This document shows, piece after piece, positions 39,868 to 50,167 of a stretch of DNA of 64,000 bases. Within the stretch, counting starts at the first letter, position 1; the number at the start of each line of letters is the position of its first letter. The notes below the pieces were generated by a model, which was not told where the DNA came from, did not search any database, and saw only the letters and a list, made by a program, of their open reading frames with translations. The stretch lies in assembly GCA_963751455.1 (NCBI GenBank), contig CAVVUN010000008.1, positions 96,001 to 160,000 on the forward strand. Reading direction: 5' to 3'. Source of the stretch: Nitrospirota bacterium. Its GTDB lineage: Bacteria > Nitrospirota > UBA9217. Position numbers and translations under genes: made by a program.

Positions 39868-41597
39868 TTGCCGGGCGCCTCCCGATTTTCCGCGACGGCA
39901 TACAGCGTGCCGTGCACATCACCGAAAATAACGGCAAAGTCGCGGATGGCTGGCGACGCCTCTACCGGCGATTCTGCCTGGTACCTCCACTGTTCGGTTC
40001 CCGTTACCGCATCGAGTGCATAAAGGTTTCGGTCGCTGCTCCCGAAATATACGATTCCGTCCGCCACAACAGGGTTGCCCGATATTGCGCCGCCGGCCGT
40101 AAATTGCCACCGGAGCGTTCCCGAAACGAGATCAAGAGCGGAAAACCGGCCGTCCGTGTCTCCGACATAAACGGTCTCGTTGACTACCGCAGGCGACGAG
40201 CGAGTCCCTGCAGGGGCGGGAAAGTTCCATTGCTGTTCACCTGTTTCCGCATCAAGCGCTACAAGCGTACCGTCTTCATTTCGAAATAGCACCTGATCAC
40301 CGGACAAAACCGGTGTGGAATAGACCGGTCTTTTCGCATTGAAGGTCCATTTCTTTCTCCCATCGAGCAGCCGGACGGCATAGAGGTTTCCGTCGACGCT
40401 TCCGAAATAGATCGTCTCCGAGTCCATGGCCGGAGAGGAAACAATCGGGCCTCCCGTCTTTAACGTCCATAGTTCTTTCCTCGCTTCCAGGTCTACAGCG
40501 TAAAGATATCCAAGAGCATTTCCGAAATAGATCACACTGCCGTCCGTAATTGGAGCTGTACCTATCGGCGACATATTAAGTTTAAATCGGCTTTTCCCCG
40601 TTTGGTAGTTCCATTTCTCCTGGCCGTCGGCTGCGTCGATGGCATAGAGGGCTCCCGTATCGGTTCCCACAAAGACCACATCATCGATCAGAAGCGGATT
40701 CGAGGAGACCCGATTGCCCGTAAATATCCATCTCACCGCTCCGTTTGACGCATCCATGGCATACAGTCTCTGATTATTGGTAAAATAAAGCAGGTCGCCT
40801 GCAGCCAACAGCGTCCCGTTCTTATGCGAAAGCCTGCTTTTCCAAAGCAGCAGATCCGGTTTATGAACTCCCCTGCCGATCACCGAACCCGTCCGGCCGA
40901 GATTGCCCATCCCGGTCCAGACGACCCTGTTCGCATTTGCCGGCCGGCTGCGCGGCGTCCGGTCAACGGAAATAATATAAACCCCAAAAAAAGCCAGAGC
41001 CAGAACCGATCCTGTCCAGATTGCGATTTTGGTGTATTTGATTACGTCCGTTCGTGTCTGCGTCTTCATGCAGTGCCGTATAGTTAATAATTTCCACCGC
41101 TGGTCATGCATTCCAGGGCGAAATTCCGCTGCAATCTTCTTGGTAAACAGCATGGCGATAAAAAAAGTGTAGACTAGGCAGCCGGCGAGGAGCTGATACG
41201 AACGCCAAGACAGGACAGCATCTTCGTTTCCCGCCTGATTCATTCCATCGAGAATGAAGCTGTAGAAAACAAACTGGAAGATACCTTCTGCAAGTGAAAA
41301 GGTCATTAGGCATAAAATAAGCATTCTCGCCCATTGTTTCCGCATCAGGAGGCCGAATGAAGAAAAAAAGAGCACGAACGTACTCATTGTGTCGTAAAGA
41401 TGCTTGGGGGTCGGATGCGGCCCGAATAAGCTGTGAGCACTGATCATGCCTGGAACTCGCCACAATAACAGAAGCGTGGAATCGATGATCAGGAGCAGTC
41501 CGAGAACATTTATGATATCGACCCGTTTTTTCGGCGGCTCGACAAGAGGGGCGGAGTAGGTTGGAGGTGCTGGTTGACGGTATAGATCTGGTTCCAT
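39864..41597 (-). CDS. Membrane protein (about 5 TM) with a C-terminal PQQ-type beta-propeller
   Basis: Hydrophobic N-terminal 200 aa, then about 8 tryptophan-docking repeats; ATGA overlap with the next gene. Confidence 0.85.
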   Translation of the reverse strand: MEPDLYRQPAPPTYSAPLVEPPKKRVDIINVLGLLLIIDSTLLLLWRVPGMISAHSLFGPHPTPKHLYDTMSTFVLFFSSFGLLMRKQWARMLILCLMTFSLAEGIFQFVFYSFILDGMNQAGNEDAVLSWRSYQLLAGCLVYTFFIAMLFTKKIAAEFRPGMHDQRWKLLTIRHCMKTQTRTDVIKYTKIAIWTGSVLALAFFGVYIISVDRTPRSRPANANRVVWTGMGNLGRTGSVIGRGVHKPDLLLWKSRLSHKNGTLLAAGDLLYFTNNQRLYAMDASNGAVRWIFTGNRVSSNPLLIDDVVFVGTDTGALYAIDAADGQEKWNYQTGKSRFKLNMSPIGTAPITDGSVIYFGNALGYLYAVDLEARKELWTLKTGGPIVSSPAMDSETIYFGSVDGNLYAVRLLDGRKKWTFNAKRPVYSTPVLSGDQVLFRNEDGTLVALDAETGEQQWNFPAPAGTRSSPAVVNETVYVGDTDGRFSALDLVSGTLRWQFTAGGAISGNPVVADGIVYFGSSDRNLYALDAVTGTEQWRYQAESPVEASPAIRDFAVIFGDVHGTLYAVAENREAPGK

Positions 41598-41691
41598 GAG
41601 ATTGTTGTTGTGCGCACGTTCAAGCAGAACGGTTCTGTCATCAAGCTGATAAAGAAAGGAGACCGATTACGGTAAATCACGAACGGAACTG

Positions 41692-42678
41692 TTAATGCTT
41701 AAAATGTGTCTTAATAAGCTTGAGCGCTTCACTTTCGGCGAGGTCTCCCTTCATCACGCGCACTGAAATTTTGCGCACCCAGTCGCTCACGCTTTCAGAG
41801 CCGGAAGGTCCATACTGCACCTGCTCCGCCATTAATTTTCCCTGTTCGTCCGTTATTGCATGAGACCGGAGAAGGTTATCGAGGTTTGCCAGATAATTCC
41901 GCAGTTCGGCGTTAGCCACTTCTCTCAGTCTCCGGTATATTTGGTCCGGATCGGCGGATATATTCTGTCTTCGTTCCAACTCGCTTGCTTTTTCCTCTTC
42001 CTTCCTGATCAATGACGCCTCGAGGGCCATCAACATCCCGTCCTTGAAATTTTTCACAACCGACAGGGGAAGAACCTGGCTCAGCACCTGTGCATCGCCA
42101 GCTCTAAAGGACGAATACAAGCCGAGGACGGCACCTTTTTTATCGATGCACGGGCCGCCGATGCTAGCGGCATCGAAGGGAATATCCGTCTGCAGGTATC
42201 TGACGCCGTCCCGGTCGTTATTGCAATGGACGATGATTCCTTTCCTTATGAAAAACTCTACCCCCTGCGGCGCGCCGAGCACCCGGATCTCTTCCCCATC
42301 CCTGCATTCTCCAGGAACTGCTGCTGCGAGAAATTCATTCCCGGGTTCCTCAATTTTGATTATGGCAATGTCAAGATGAGCCGGTCCCGACTTCGTTACG
42401 AACGCTTTCTTGAGCACCCCCGTGAACAATCGTACCTCCACCGTCTTGTCCTTCCCGACCACGCTGCTGGTTGTGGCGATCTCGCCGTCTGATGATATGA
42501 AAAAACCGGACCCCATGGAGTTCGTCGATTTAACCACGACAATAGATGTCTTCGCCTTATCAATTGCGTCCGCCCATGAAAGGGATTTCACCGGGCGGGA
42601 ACGATAGTACATAAACCAGCCTGCAATCGCCAGGATGATCGCGACGATGGCCGTTGTTTGCAGCATTCTTTTCTTCAT
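41692..42678 (-). CDS. Membrane-anchored trypsin/HtrA-like protein with a degenerate catalytic triad
   Basis: GSGFFISSDG and DIAIIKI retained; TNxHV replaced by TTSSV and GNSGGP by ASIGGP. Confidence 0.8.
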   Translation of the reverse strand: MKKRMLQTTAIVAIILAIAGWFMYYRSRPVKSLSWADAIDKAKTSIVVVKSTNSMGSGFFISSDGEIATTSSVVGKDKTVEVRLFTGVLKKAFVTKSGPAHLDIAIIKIEEPGNEFLAAAVPGECRDGEEIRVLGAPQGVEFFIRKGIIVHCNNDRDGVRYLQTDIPFDAASIGGPCIDKKGAVLGLYSSFRAGDAQVLSQVLPLSVVKNFKDGMLMALEASLIRKEEEKASELERRQNISADPDQIYRRLREVANAELRNYLANLDNLLRSHAITDEQGKLMAEQVQYGPSGSESVSDWVRKISVRVMKGDLAESEALKLIKTHFKH

Positions 42679-42794
42679 TGCGAAGTCCCCTTTAAAAACG
42701 GGCACGCCGGATAAACGTAACGCTTTTTTCTACTAAAAGCGGCCTTGTCCCGTCGGGTGCTCAACGTTGGCAAAGGCAAGCCTTCCCTGAGCCG

Positions 42795-43388
42795 TCAATA
42801 CCGAAGCCAGCCCGGAGAGGCACCGGCCGTTCGGGCTTCATCGGGCAGATCGACTTCCAGTCGTTGTCGGGTCCGCTCGATATTCTTTTCGACCCGTTCC
42901 TTATTGGCACGATAAATCGCACAGTCCGGTTTTTTGCCGAGATAATTGTACGGCTTTTGTTCGCACTGGCGCTCCTGGGAGCGGAGCGTTTCGTAATCCT
43001 GCTGCAGATCTTCGATGCTTTCACGCAGCGATTCCGCCCGGTTTTGCCAGTACGCTTTGCCCCTGCCGTACTTGTCCGTATCCTCGGTTCCGGACTGTCC
43101 GTACTTAGCGGCTTTTTTCTTGTATTTTGGGGCAGAGGGCTGCTCCTCTTTTCGCACGTTCTGTACGGACTCGGCCGAGTCGTTATCCTCGATCTGACGA
43201 TCTTTCGCCTGGGTCTGGTATTCAGCGGGAACTTTTGAAATATCGTCCGCGATATGGGTGTTGCCCTCACGATCCGTCCAAGAAAAGATCCCGGCGAATG
43301 CGGCAGATATGGGCAGAAGAAACGAAATGACCCAAACGAGCGGCAGAGCTTTATGCATGTAATGTTTTCTGGTAACGAAGCTTCTCAT
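42795..43388 (-). CDS. DUF4124-domain secreted protein
   Basis: AGIFSWTDREGNTHIADD...VPAEY; C-terminal EARTAGASPGWLR. Confidence 0.8.
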   Translation of the reverse strand: MRSFVTRKHYMHKALPLVWVISFLLPISAAFAGIFSWTDREGNTHIADDISKVPAEYQTQAKDRQIEDNDSAESVQNVRKEEQPSAPKYKKKAAKYGQSGTEDTDKYGRGKAYWQNRAESLRESIEDLQQDYETLRSQERQCEQKPYNYLGKKPDCAIYRANKERVEKNIERTRQRLEVDLPDEARTAGASPGWLRY

Positions 43389-43890
43389 ACATTCCGTAAA
43401 TTACGATGCAGGGAAGTTTGGTCCGACATGGTCTATTTAAGATATTTTAAAAAAAGATATAAATTAAAATCGGGCACGTCTTGGGACCCAATGCTTTAAA
43501 AAGCAGTTTAAGCTGACAAATGCAATCTTTTATGAATCAGGCTCCATTAACGCTTTTTGATTTTAAGGGGGAAATGACATAGGCTGAAGGCTATCATAAG
43601 TAGGGAGCGAGCTATCGTGATTGGTTATTTCATTATATTTAAAACTGCAATGTATTGTCAAGGAGATTGCCGAAAATTCTGGCAGTCCATTATACCGTGC
43701 ATAGCCCTTAGGCGGAACGTCCCATATTCCCTGCGTCAAGTATTTGTTCGTACAACGCTTCTGTGGAGCCCCTCTAGCATCCCGACTTGACGCCACTAAC
43801 AACGCGACATCCCGCAATCCAGCCCGGCTGAACAATTATTAAAGCACAGAAAGAAACAGCGTTTCGACAAAGAATATGACAAATAAACAG

Positions 43891-43930
43891 TTGACAATTG
43901 ATGCGAATTTTACTAAACTACGTTCAGTAA
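43891..43930 (+). promoter_or_regulatory. Sigma-70 promoter overlapped by a putative TetR operator
   Basis: TTGACA (43891), 17 bp, TAAACT (43914); palindrome TTACTAAAC-tac-GTTCAGTAA at 43910-43930. Confidence 0.75.
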
Positions 43931-43995
43931 GTAAACATTGTAACTATACTAATGACGGTTTCGAATAGAGAGCAGGCTAGCGGGCAAGGAAAGCC

Positions 43996-44616
43996 ATGGG
44001 AATCAAGGACAGAAAAGAACGGCAGAAAGTGGAGATCAAACGGTTGATCCTCGATATGGCGAGAAAGCTTTTTCTCGAAGAGGGTTTTGACAAAATCACG
44101 ATCCGCCATATCGCCGAGAGGATAGAATACAGCCCCGCGACGATTTACCTGCACTTCAAGGACAAAGACGCAATCCTCTTTGAGCTCCATACGGAAGGCT
44201 TCAACGAGCTGTACAAGCGCCAGCAGCAGGTGATGAAAATCAAAGATCCCATGAGCCGGCTGCAGAAGCATGCCGAGGCGTATCTTCAATTTGCAATGGA
44301 AAACAAGGAATATTACGACCTGATGTTCATCATGAGATCTCCGGTCAAGTGTATTAAAGACGTACAGCATTGGGAGATCGGCATGCGTTCCTATGATTTG
44401 CTCAGACAGAACGTGAAGGACTGCATCGAGGCCGGCCGGATCCCGGCGAATGGCCTTGAATCGGCAGCCTTTTCATTTTGGTCGCTGATGCACGGCATGG
44501 CGGCGCTGATAATCAGAGAAAGATGCGTCATGTTTCCGGACGAGCTCATTCCCTCGATTATTAAGGGCTCAGCGGCTTATATGCTCAATGGCCTTTCAAT
44601 GACGCGCAAAAAGTAG
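43996..44616 (+). CDS. TetR/AcrR family regulator
   Basis: ARKLFLEEGFDKITIRHIAERIEYSPATIYLHFKDK; C-terminal WSLMHG (WHG-type). Confidence 0.95.
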   Translation: MGIKDRKERQKVEIKRLILDMARKLFLEEGFDKITIRHIAERIEYSPATIYLHFKDKDAILFELHTEGFNELYKRQQQVMKIKDPMSRLQKHAEAYLQFAMENKEYYDLMFIMRSPVKCIKDVQHWEIGMRSYDLLRQNVKDCIEAGRIPANGLESAAFSFWSLMHGMAALIIRERCVMFPDELIPSIIKGSAAYMLNGLSMTRKK

Positions 44617-44623
44617 TTTTTTT

Positions 44624-44652
44624 TTGACATATTACTGAACACTGTTTAGTAA
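44624..44652 (+). promoter_or_regulatory. Second copy of the putative TetR operator, next to a TTGACA
   Basis: TTGACA at 44624; TTACTGAAC-act-GTTTAGTAA at 44632-44652 has the same arms as the upstream operator, inverted. Confidence 0.7.
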
Positions 44653-44758
44653 AATAACATTGTAATGCATTAAGGAAAGGGATGCGCTCTTCGACATTAC
44701 GAATTCGTGTGGAAGTCATTAAGTGAAAGGAGAAATAAATATGAAATGATTTTCCTAT

Positions 44759-45194
44759 GGCAAATGGTTTTTCAGCAGCCTGCGCGTGATTTAGACATAA
44801 GACATCATATCATCGTGAAAGGGGCAACGAAAATGAGGAAGATTACAGTTATGGTTGCGACAATTTCGTTTGTTATTTGCTTAGGATTGGTCTTTACACA
44901 AGAAAGCAATGCTGCTTCGATGTATAACGGCATTACGTATTTTGACCTGGTTCCCGTTTCGACCTGTGGCAATGCGAAACAGGCATCAGGGGGTGCAGAA
45001 GCAACCTTGATTATGTTCAATGGCATCACCTCCTTTAGTCCAATCGCTCAGGGATCATGTGCCGGAAAAAAGGCAGAAGAAAGTCCCGGTTCAAAGCTGT
45101 ATAACGGCATCACGATATTTTAGCGTTTGTCATCCTGAATTTAACAAAAACAGATTCTCTAAATCACAGGCAGGCTGCTGAAGAACCATTTTCC
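44759..45194. repeat. 37-bp inverted repeats enclosing one small gene
   Basis: GGCAAATGGTTTTTCAGCAGCCTGCGCGTGATTTAGA (44759-44795) versus the reverse complement of 45158-45194: 33/37 identical. Confidence 0.85.
44833..45123 (+). CDS. Small secreted protein with three [YF]NGITxF motifs
   Basis: 96 aa; AAGGGG RBS; signal peptide ending ESNA; YNGITYF, FNGITSF, YNGITIF(stop). Confidence 0.75.
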   Translation: MRKITVMVATISFVICLGLVFTQESNAASMYNGITYFDLVPVSTCGNAKQASGGAEATLIMFNGITSFSPIAQGSCAGKKAEESPGSKLYNGITIF

Positions 45195-45293
45195 GGATAC
45201 GCTTCCAGACCATACGAGGAACAGGGACAGCTGTGCCGCCACGATCAGTTGTCCCGAAATGAACATTTTCATTGTTCGAAGATAGGAAGGTAC

Positions 45294-45779
45294 TTACGCT
45301 CCGCAGCACTTCTTGAATTTTTTTCCGCTGCCGCAGGAGCACGGGTCATTACGGCCGATTTTAGCGCTCGTAAGGGAAGTAATTTTCGGCATGTTCTTCC
45401 CGGTAGTGAAATACCAGACATTGTCTTTCTTCTTGAAAGAAGCGAGCTCATGGTGTTCCTGTTTCGTTCCGCTCTCGGTAAAGGACACGGTAAATTCGAC
45501 CTGAGCCTCCAGGTCATCAACCCCGCCCTTGACCGTTCTCAGGATCTGCATTCCGTGCCACTCGGAGTTTTGGGCCCATTCCCTGCTCTTTTTTTCGTCA
45601 TAGTCCGCCCGAAAGGACGGATGGAGAGACGTAAAAAGATGCTCCATCTCTATCTTCACATAAGCGCTGTAGCGTGAGCGCATAAGCTGCTCTGCTGTTG
45701 CAGCGTGCTTTTCGCCCTTAATAACAGGCTGGCAGCATGAACCATAAGCATCATTCGAACCACAGGGGCAAAGATCCAT
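45294..45779 (-). CDS. ychJ: YchJ family protein with SEC-C motifs
   Basis: CPCGS...[39 protein letters not shown]. Confidence 0.92.
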   Translation of the reverse strand: MDLCPCGSNDAYGSCCQPVIKGEKHAATAEQLMRSRYSAYVKIEMEHLFTSLHPSFRADYDEKKSREWAQNSEWHGMQILRTVKGGVDDLEAQVEFTVSFTESGTKQEHHELASFKKKDNVWYFTTGKNMPKITSLTSAKIGRNDPCSCGSGKKFKKCCGA

Positions 45780-46012
45780 ATGACAACTCCTTATGAAGAC
45801 TAAGTGAATGGCACTGATTATCACGCAAGGACCGGCAGGAGTCAATATTTTTGTTGTGAAAAATATGTGCATCAATTTACGATAACTGAGAATTCATACC
45901 ATAAGAGGTATTGCTATAGTTCAGTGTCCAAAAGTACAATTGCAATCCATACCATTAAGATGTTTAATTTACATTATCAAACGCGCAAAAGGCACAGAAA
46001 AGGAGGCCTTAA

Positions 46013-46912
46013 ATGCCTTCCATGACAAAGGAGGTTAAAATGACAATCTACAATACTGTCAAGGTCGACGGGCTCGATATATTTTACCGCGAGGCCGGGA
46101 GCAAGGATTACCCGTCAATACTGCTCCTGCACGGCTTTCCGACCTCGTCCCATATGTTCAGGAACCTGATTTCAATGCTTGAGAACGAATTTCATTTGGT
46201 GGCGCCGGACTATCCCGGATTCGGCAACAGCTCTATGCCTATTGTCGATGAGTTCGAGTACAGCTTCGATCACCTGGCGGAAGTGATGGATCACTTTTTA
46301 GACGTACTGAACCTTAAGAAATACAGCCTCTACGTCTTTGATTACGGAGCTCCCATAGGGTACCGCATCGCGTCCAAACACCCTGAACGGATTGAGGCCC
46401 TCATAGTTCAGAACGGCAACGCATACGAAGAGGGCTTGCGCGAGTTCTGGGTGCCGCTCAAGGCCTATTGGAAGGAGCGGAGTAAACAGAACGAGGAACC
46501 TCTCACAAAGTTTTTGACCATTGAATCCACAAAGTGGCAGTACACGAACGGCATGCGTGACGTTAAGAAAGTAGCCCCGGACAACTGGAACATGGACCAG
46601 TATTTCCTGGACAGAAAGGGCAACGACAAAATCCAGCTTGAGCTGTTCTACAGTTACGGCACCAACCCCCCGCTGTATCCGAAGTGGCAGGAGTACTTCC
46701 GAAAGCACCAGCCGCCTACACTTATCGCATGGGGGAAAAATGATTACATCTTTCCGAAGGAAGGGGCCGGACCTTACAAGCGTGACCTGAAAAATATCGA
46801 GCTCCACCTGCTCGACACGGGGCACTTTGCCCTTGAGGAAGACGGCTACGTTATTGCAAAGCACATACGCCGGTTCATGGCGGAGAAAATACTGAGGAAA
46901 GAAGCCGCGTAG
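46013..46912 (+). CDS. Alpha/beta hydrolase (epoxide hydrolase/dehalogenase-like)
   Basis: LLHGFP, nucleophile elbow FDYGA, GHFALE; true start may be 46040. Confidence 0.9.
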   Translation: MPSMTKEVKMTIYNTVKVDGLDIFYREAGSKDYPSILLLHGFPTSSHMFRNLISMLENEFHLVAPDYPGFGNSSMPIVDEFEYSFDHLAEVMDHFLDVLNLKKYSLYVFDYGAPIGYRIASKHPERIEALIVQNGNAYEEGLREFWVPLKAYWKERSKQNEEPLTKFLTIESTKWQYTNGMRDVKKVAPDNWNMDQYFLDRKGNDKIQLELFYSYGTNPPLYPKWQEYFRKHQPPTLIAWGKNDYIFPKEGAGPYKRDLKNIELHLLDTGHFALEEDGYVIAKHIRRFMAEKILRKEAA

Positions 46913-46919
46913 CCCGATG

Positions 46920-46958
46920 CGGGCGGGCCCGCCGCAATCCGGGCCCGCCCGGTATTTT
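46920..46958 (+). terminator. Intrinsic terminator-like hairpin
   Basis: CGGGCGGGCCCG-ccgcaatc-CGGGCCCGCCCG followed by GTATTTT. Confidence 0.65.
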
Positions 46959-47071
46959 AAAGAATCGTTCAGGTGGTTCGAGATCCTTTTCTTTTTTCTG
47001 CACCCCCATTCACATCGCCGCTCTCAAGGTTTGGCGTATTCCAAGATTTCACGATTAAATCCGGGCATTCC

Positions 47072-48577
47072 TCACTCTCTCCGCGGAGATGTCACGAAGG
47101 GAGTCTTATTCTGCCTGCACAGCAGCTGGATGAGCTGGCGGCCGGACATCGCCGCAAAGACTGTGCCGGTGAACGGTGCGGTCCACTGCCCTACCATGTA
47201 CAGACCTGATAGACCGGGCAGCGTCCGGAGCAAAGTCCGTTTCCTCATGTTGTCCGGCGTGATATACCAGCCGTCCGGCGAACCCTGCCAGTTGCCTGTG
47301 TAGCGGACATAGGTGGCAGGCGTCGGGACATCCACGACCTCGACCCGGGATGCGAACCCGGGCCAGCGCCTGTCCAGCGCGGCGATGGTCGCCTCGGCGA
47401 TTCGCTTCTTTTCCGCTTCATAGGCTGCACGGTCCCGTGCGAGCGTTTCCCAATAATCATAGCGTGTAGCGTACCATACCTCGACCGCCGACTTACCGGG
47501 AGGAGCCATGGACGGATCGAAGCAGTGATGGAGAAAGCACATCCACTTGTGTTCCTCGCCCGCAATAGTGATGGCCTTATCGAGTTCGAAGACAATGCGA
47601 TGGGGCTCTTTCGACATATCGCGTGCAACGCCAATGGCTACGTGCATCATCGGAAGCACAGGGGTCCAATCACTGTACATGTGTTTGATTTCCTCATTGA
47701 GGTAGCGGCCGCTGAGAATGTCGAAGATAAGCTTGTGGCCGTCGCCTGCCCATACAACGATGTCCGCGGGATGTTCAGTGCCGTCCTCGAGTCGAACACC
47801 GGTTGCCCGATCATTCCGTATGATCACATCCGTGGCCCGGCTCTTATAGTTAATCTCACCGCCGTGCTGCCTGTAGAGTTCGGCTATCCGGAAGACGACC
47901 TTCTGCGATCCTCCGAGGGGCACACCGGCTTCGTAAAAGGACTTCATGTAGCCCGCCATGGCAACCATGGGGTAGCGAAGCATCGGCCACCCGGGTGAGT
48001 CGACGAAGAACCTGACGGCGCTTCGGAGAAAAGGGTCCTTGAAGCGCTGCGCAAACTCCTGTATCGTCATCTGCCCATATCTTCTGAAAACCCCCATGAG
48101 CGGAAGAAGAGCAGCCGCCATTTTGATTTTGTCCATGAGGCTGAACATCTCCCAAGGCTTCAGTGACGCACCGGTGATAATGCTCTTTCCTGAGAGCACA
48201 CGGATGAACTCTTTTATCAGGTCAGCGTCAGCCGAAGACAAGGCCAGCATCTGGTCCTCCAGCCACGCGGGATCGGCACAAATGGTGAGGCTCTTTCCGA
48301 TGCTCTCGATGCGGGCGGTCTCGTCATGGTAGAAAAACTCGCGGCCTGTAAGCACGCCAAGTTCCTGCCACATTTGGTTAAATGGCCCGGACTTGCTGCC
48401 GACGAGCATGTGCATGCTGATGTCGAAGGTATATCCCTTCCGCTTCCAGGCAGTGCATAACCCCCCGGGAATGGTGTTCATCTCGAAGATGGTCGTCTTG
48501 TAGCCGTTCATGAGGGCATAACAGCCGGTCGAAAGTCCGGCAATGCCCGCACCGATGATCACCATTCTCTTTTCCAT
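47072..48577 (-). CDS. FAD-dependent oxidoreductase, CrtI-like; paralog of 3780-5285
   Basis: IIGAGIAGL, PGGLCTAWKR, RYTGNWQGS, TLPGL..LYMVGQW. Confidence 0.85.
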   Translation of the reverse strand: MEKRMVIIGAGIAGLSTGCYALMNGYKTTIFEMNTIPGGLCTAWKRKGYTFDISMHMLVGSKSGPFNQMWQELGVLTGREFFYHDETARIESIGKSLTICADPAWLEDQMLALSSADADLIKEFIRVLSGKSIITGASLKPWEMFSLMDKIKMAAALLPLMGVFRRYGQMTIQEFAQRFKDPFLRSAVRFFVDSPGWPMLRYPMVAMAGYMKSFYEAGVPLGGSQKVVFRIAELYRQHGGEINYKSRATDVIIRNDRATGVRLEDGTEHPADIVVWAGDGHKLIFDILSGRYLNEEIKHMYSDWTPVLPMMHVAIGVARDMSKEPHRIVFELDKAITIAGEEHKWMCFLHHCFDPSMAPPGKSAVEVWYATRYDYWETLARDRAAYEAEKKRIAEATIAALDRRWPGFASRVEVVDVPTPATYVRYTGNWQGSPDGWYITPDNMRKRTLLRTLPGLSGLYMVGQWTAPFTGTVFAAMSGRQLIQLLCRQNKTPFVTSPRRE

Positions 48578-48784
48578 GTGCCCCCTCTCCCTTCGGATCT
48601 AGTGCCGCCTTAGACTTCAATATCTATAAATTTGTACGTTCGAAATCAAAGATATCTCCTTTTTGAACATTGTCAAAGCAGCCTTCGTTCTTTTTCTCAT
48701 ACTTTGCTCTTATTGACATTAGCCTAAAGTTCCGCTTTCTTTAAATTGTAGATTTATTGAATTGATTCTTAAAAGGAGAATACT

Positions 48785-49333
48785 ATGGCCAAGCAAAAAG
48801 CTAAGATGGACATGCAAGCGATGATGGAAGTGTACAAGAAGGTGGGAACACCGGGTGCGCCTCACAAGCTTCTCGCAAGCCTGGAAGGGTCCTGGACAAC
48901 CAAGTCAAGGGGATGGATGGAACCCGACAAGCCGCCCATGGAATCGACCGGGACGTGCGAACAGAAGCTCCTCCTCGGCGGACGTTACCTGCAGCAGACG
49001 TATACCGGCGATATGGGAGGGGAACCATACACCGGCATCAACCTCATTGGGTTTGACAACCATACCAAGAAGTTTGTGTCGGTCTGGGTCGATACCATGA
49101 GCACAGGCATCTATTACTTCGAGGGGACTGCAAGCAGGAATGGTAAAACCATCACGCAGGAAAACAGTTACGACGACCCTGTCAAAGGCCCGTGCGTCTG
49201 GCGCACTGTAACCAGGATCAAGGATGACAATACGGTGGAGTTTGAAATGTTTCTTACACCAAAGAGAGGCAAGGAACAGAAGATGATGGAGATGATCATT
49301 AAACGGAGTGAAGTAAGCGCCAAGGCTGCATGA
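48785..49333 (+). CDS. DUF1579 family protein
   Basis: TPGAPHKLLASLEGSW, LGGRYL, GFDNHTKKFVSVWVDTMSTG. Confidence 0.85.
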   Translation: MAKQKAKMDMQAMMEVYKKVGTPGAPHKLLASLEGSWTTKSRGWMEPDKPPMESTGTCEQKLLLGGRYLQQTYTGDMGGEPYTGINLIGFDNHTKKFVSVWVDTMSTGIYYFEGTASRNGKTITQENSYDDPVKGPCVWRTVTRIKDDNTVEFEMFLTPKRGKEQKMMEMIIKRSEVSAKAA

Positions 49334-49601
49334 AGTTCCTTCGGGGGAAAATAGGGCAACGTATGCGAAGCTTCCCGGCCGGCATTTCGGCCGGGTTGCT
49401 CTGCAACGGAAAAACCCGCCCGGGAAACAAGCACAACGCCAGCCAGATTAGATCACTCCCTTCGCATAGTTCTATGATTAAGCCGAAATATCAAGACTCT
49501 GTGAAGGTTTAAAAAAACAAAAGATCATGGCTTCCTCCGAATTCAGGATCCTTGATCTATTAATTCTTAATTTTGCCTTCTTAATTGATGTTTTGTGAAC
49601 G

Positions 49602-49985
49602 TTATTTTTTATCCAGGCTCCATTTGCCCCCGCCCCGGCAAGCGATGTAGAGGAAGACAAAACTGTAGAGAGCAGCTAATTCACCCTTGTTTATCGTTGG
49701 AAAGAACTGGGGCCCGAGTTGAAGTTTCCAGTGAAACTGGAAATAGGCCACGGCCATTTCACCGCTGCAGATGAGCGCGGCCCACCGCGTACCGTATCCC
49801 AGCATGATCGCGATCCCGCCGATAAGCTCGATCAAACCGCCGAACCAGAGCTGCGATCCCACTGCCGGTTGAAACTCGGAAAGGATTCCCAGGATCTTCT
49901 GGACGCCATGGAACGAGAACATGAATCCCGCCACGATGCGCATGAGCGCATATGCGTGGTCGGCAAACTTTGCCAAGTGTTTCAT
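49602..49985 (-). CDS. DoxX family membrane protein
   Basis: RIVAGFMFSFHGVQK, GEMAVAYF..H, GELAALY, GGGKWSLD. Confidence 0.9.
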   Translation of the reverse strand: MKHLAKFADHAYALMRIVAGFMFSFHGVQKILGILSEFQPAVGSQLWFGGLIELIGGIAIMLGYGTRWAALICSGEMAVAYFQFHWKLQLGPQFFPTINKGELAALYSFVFLYIACRGGGKWSLDKK

Positions 49986-50167
49986 AAGCCCTCCTCTTGA
50001 TTTGGCTCAATCTCAGCGTGCATACGATGCAATTGCCAGGCATTGAGAAGCAGCCCTCCCGCTTTCTCATAGTTTAGCAGGAAAATAAGAAGGGGGTTTC
50101 GTGTACAATGAAGGTGTAATAGAGGATCAGGACCCTCCGCGACCCAAAGTGCTTTATGCCGTCTTTT

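Noticed and set aside
3780-48577. Carotenoid pathway inferred from two CrtI-like genes
   Set aside because: No crtB/crtE or related genes nearby; this family includes many non-carotenoid oxidoreductases.
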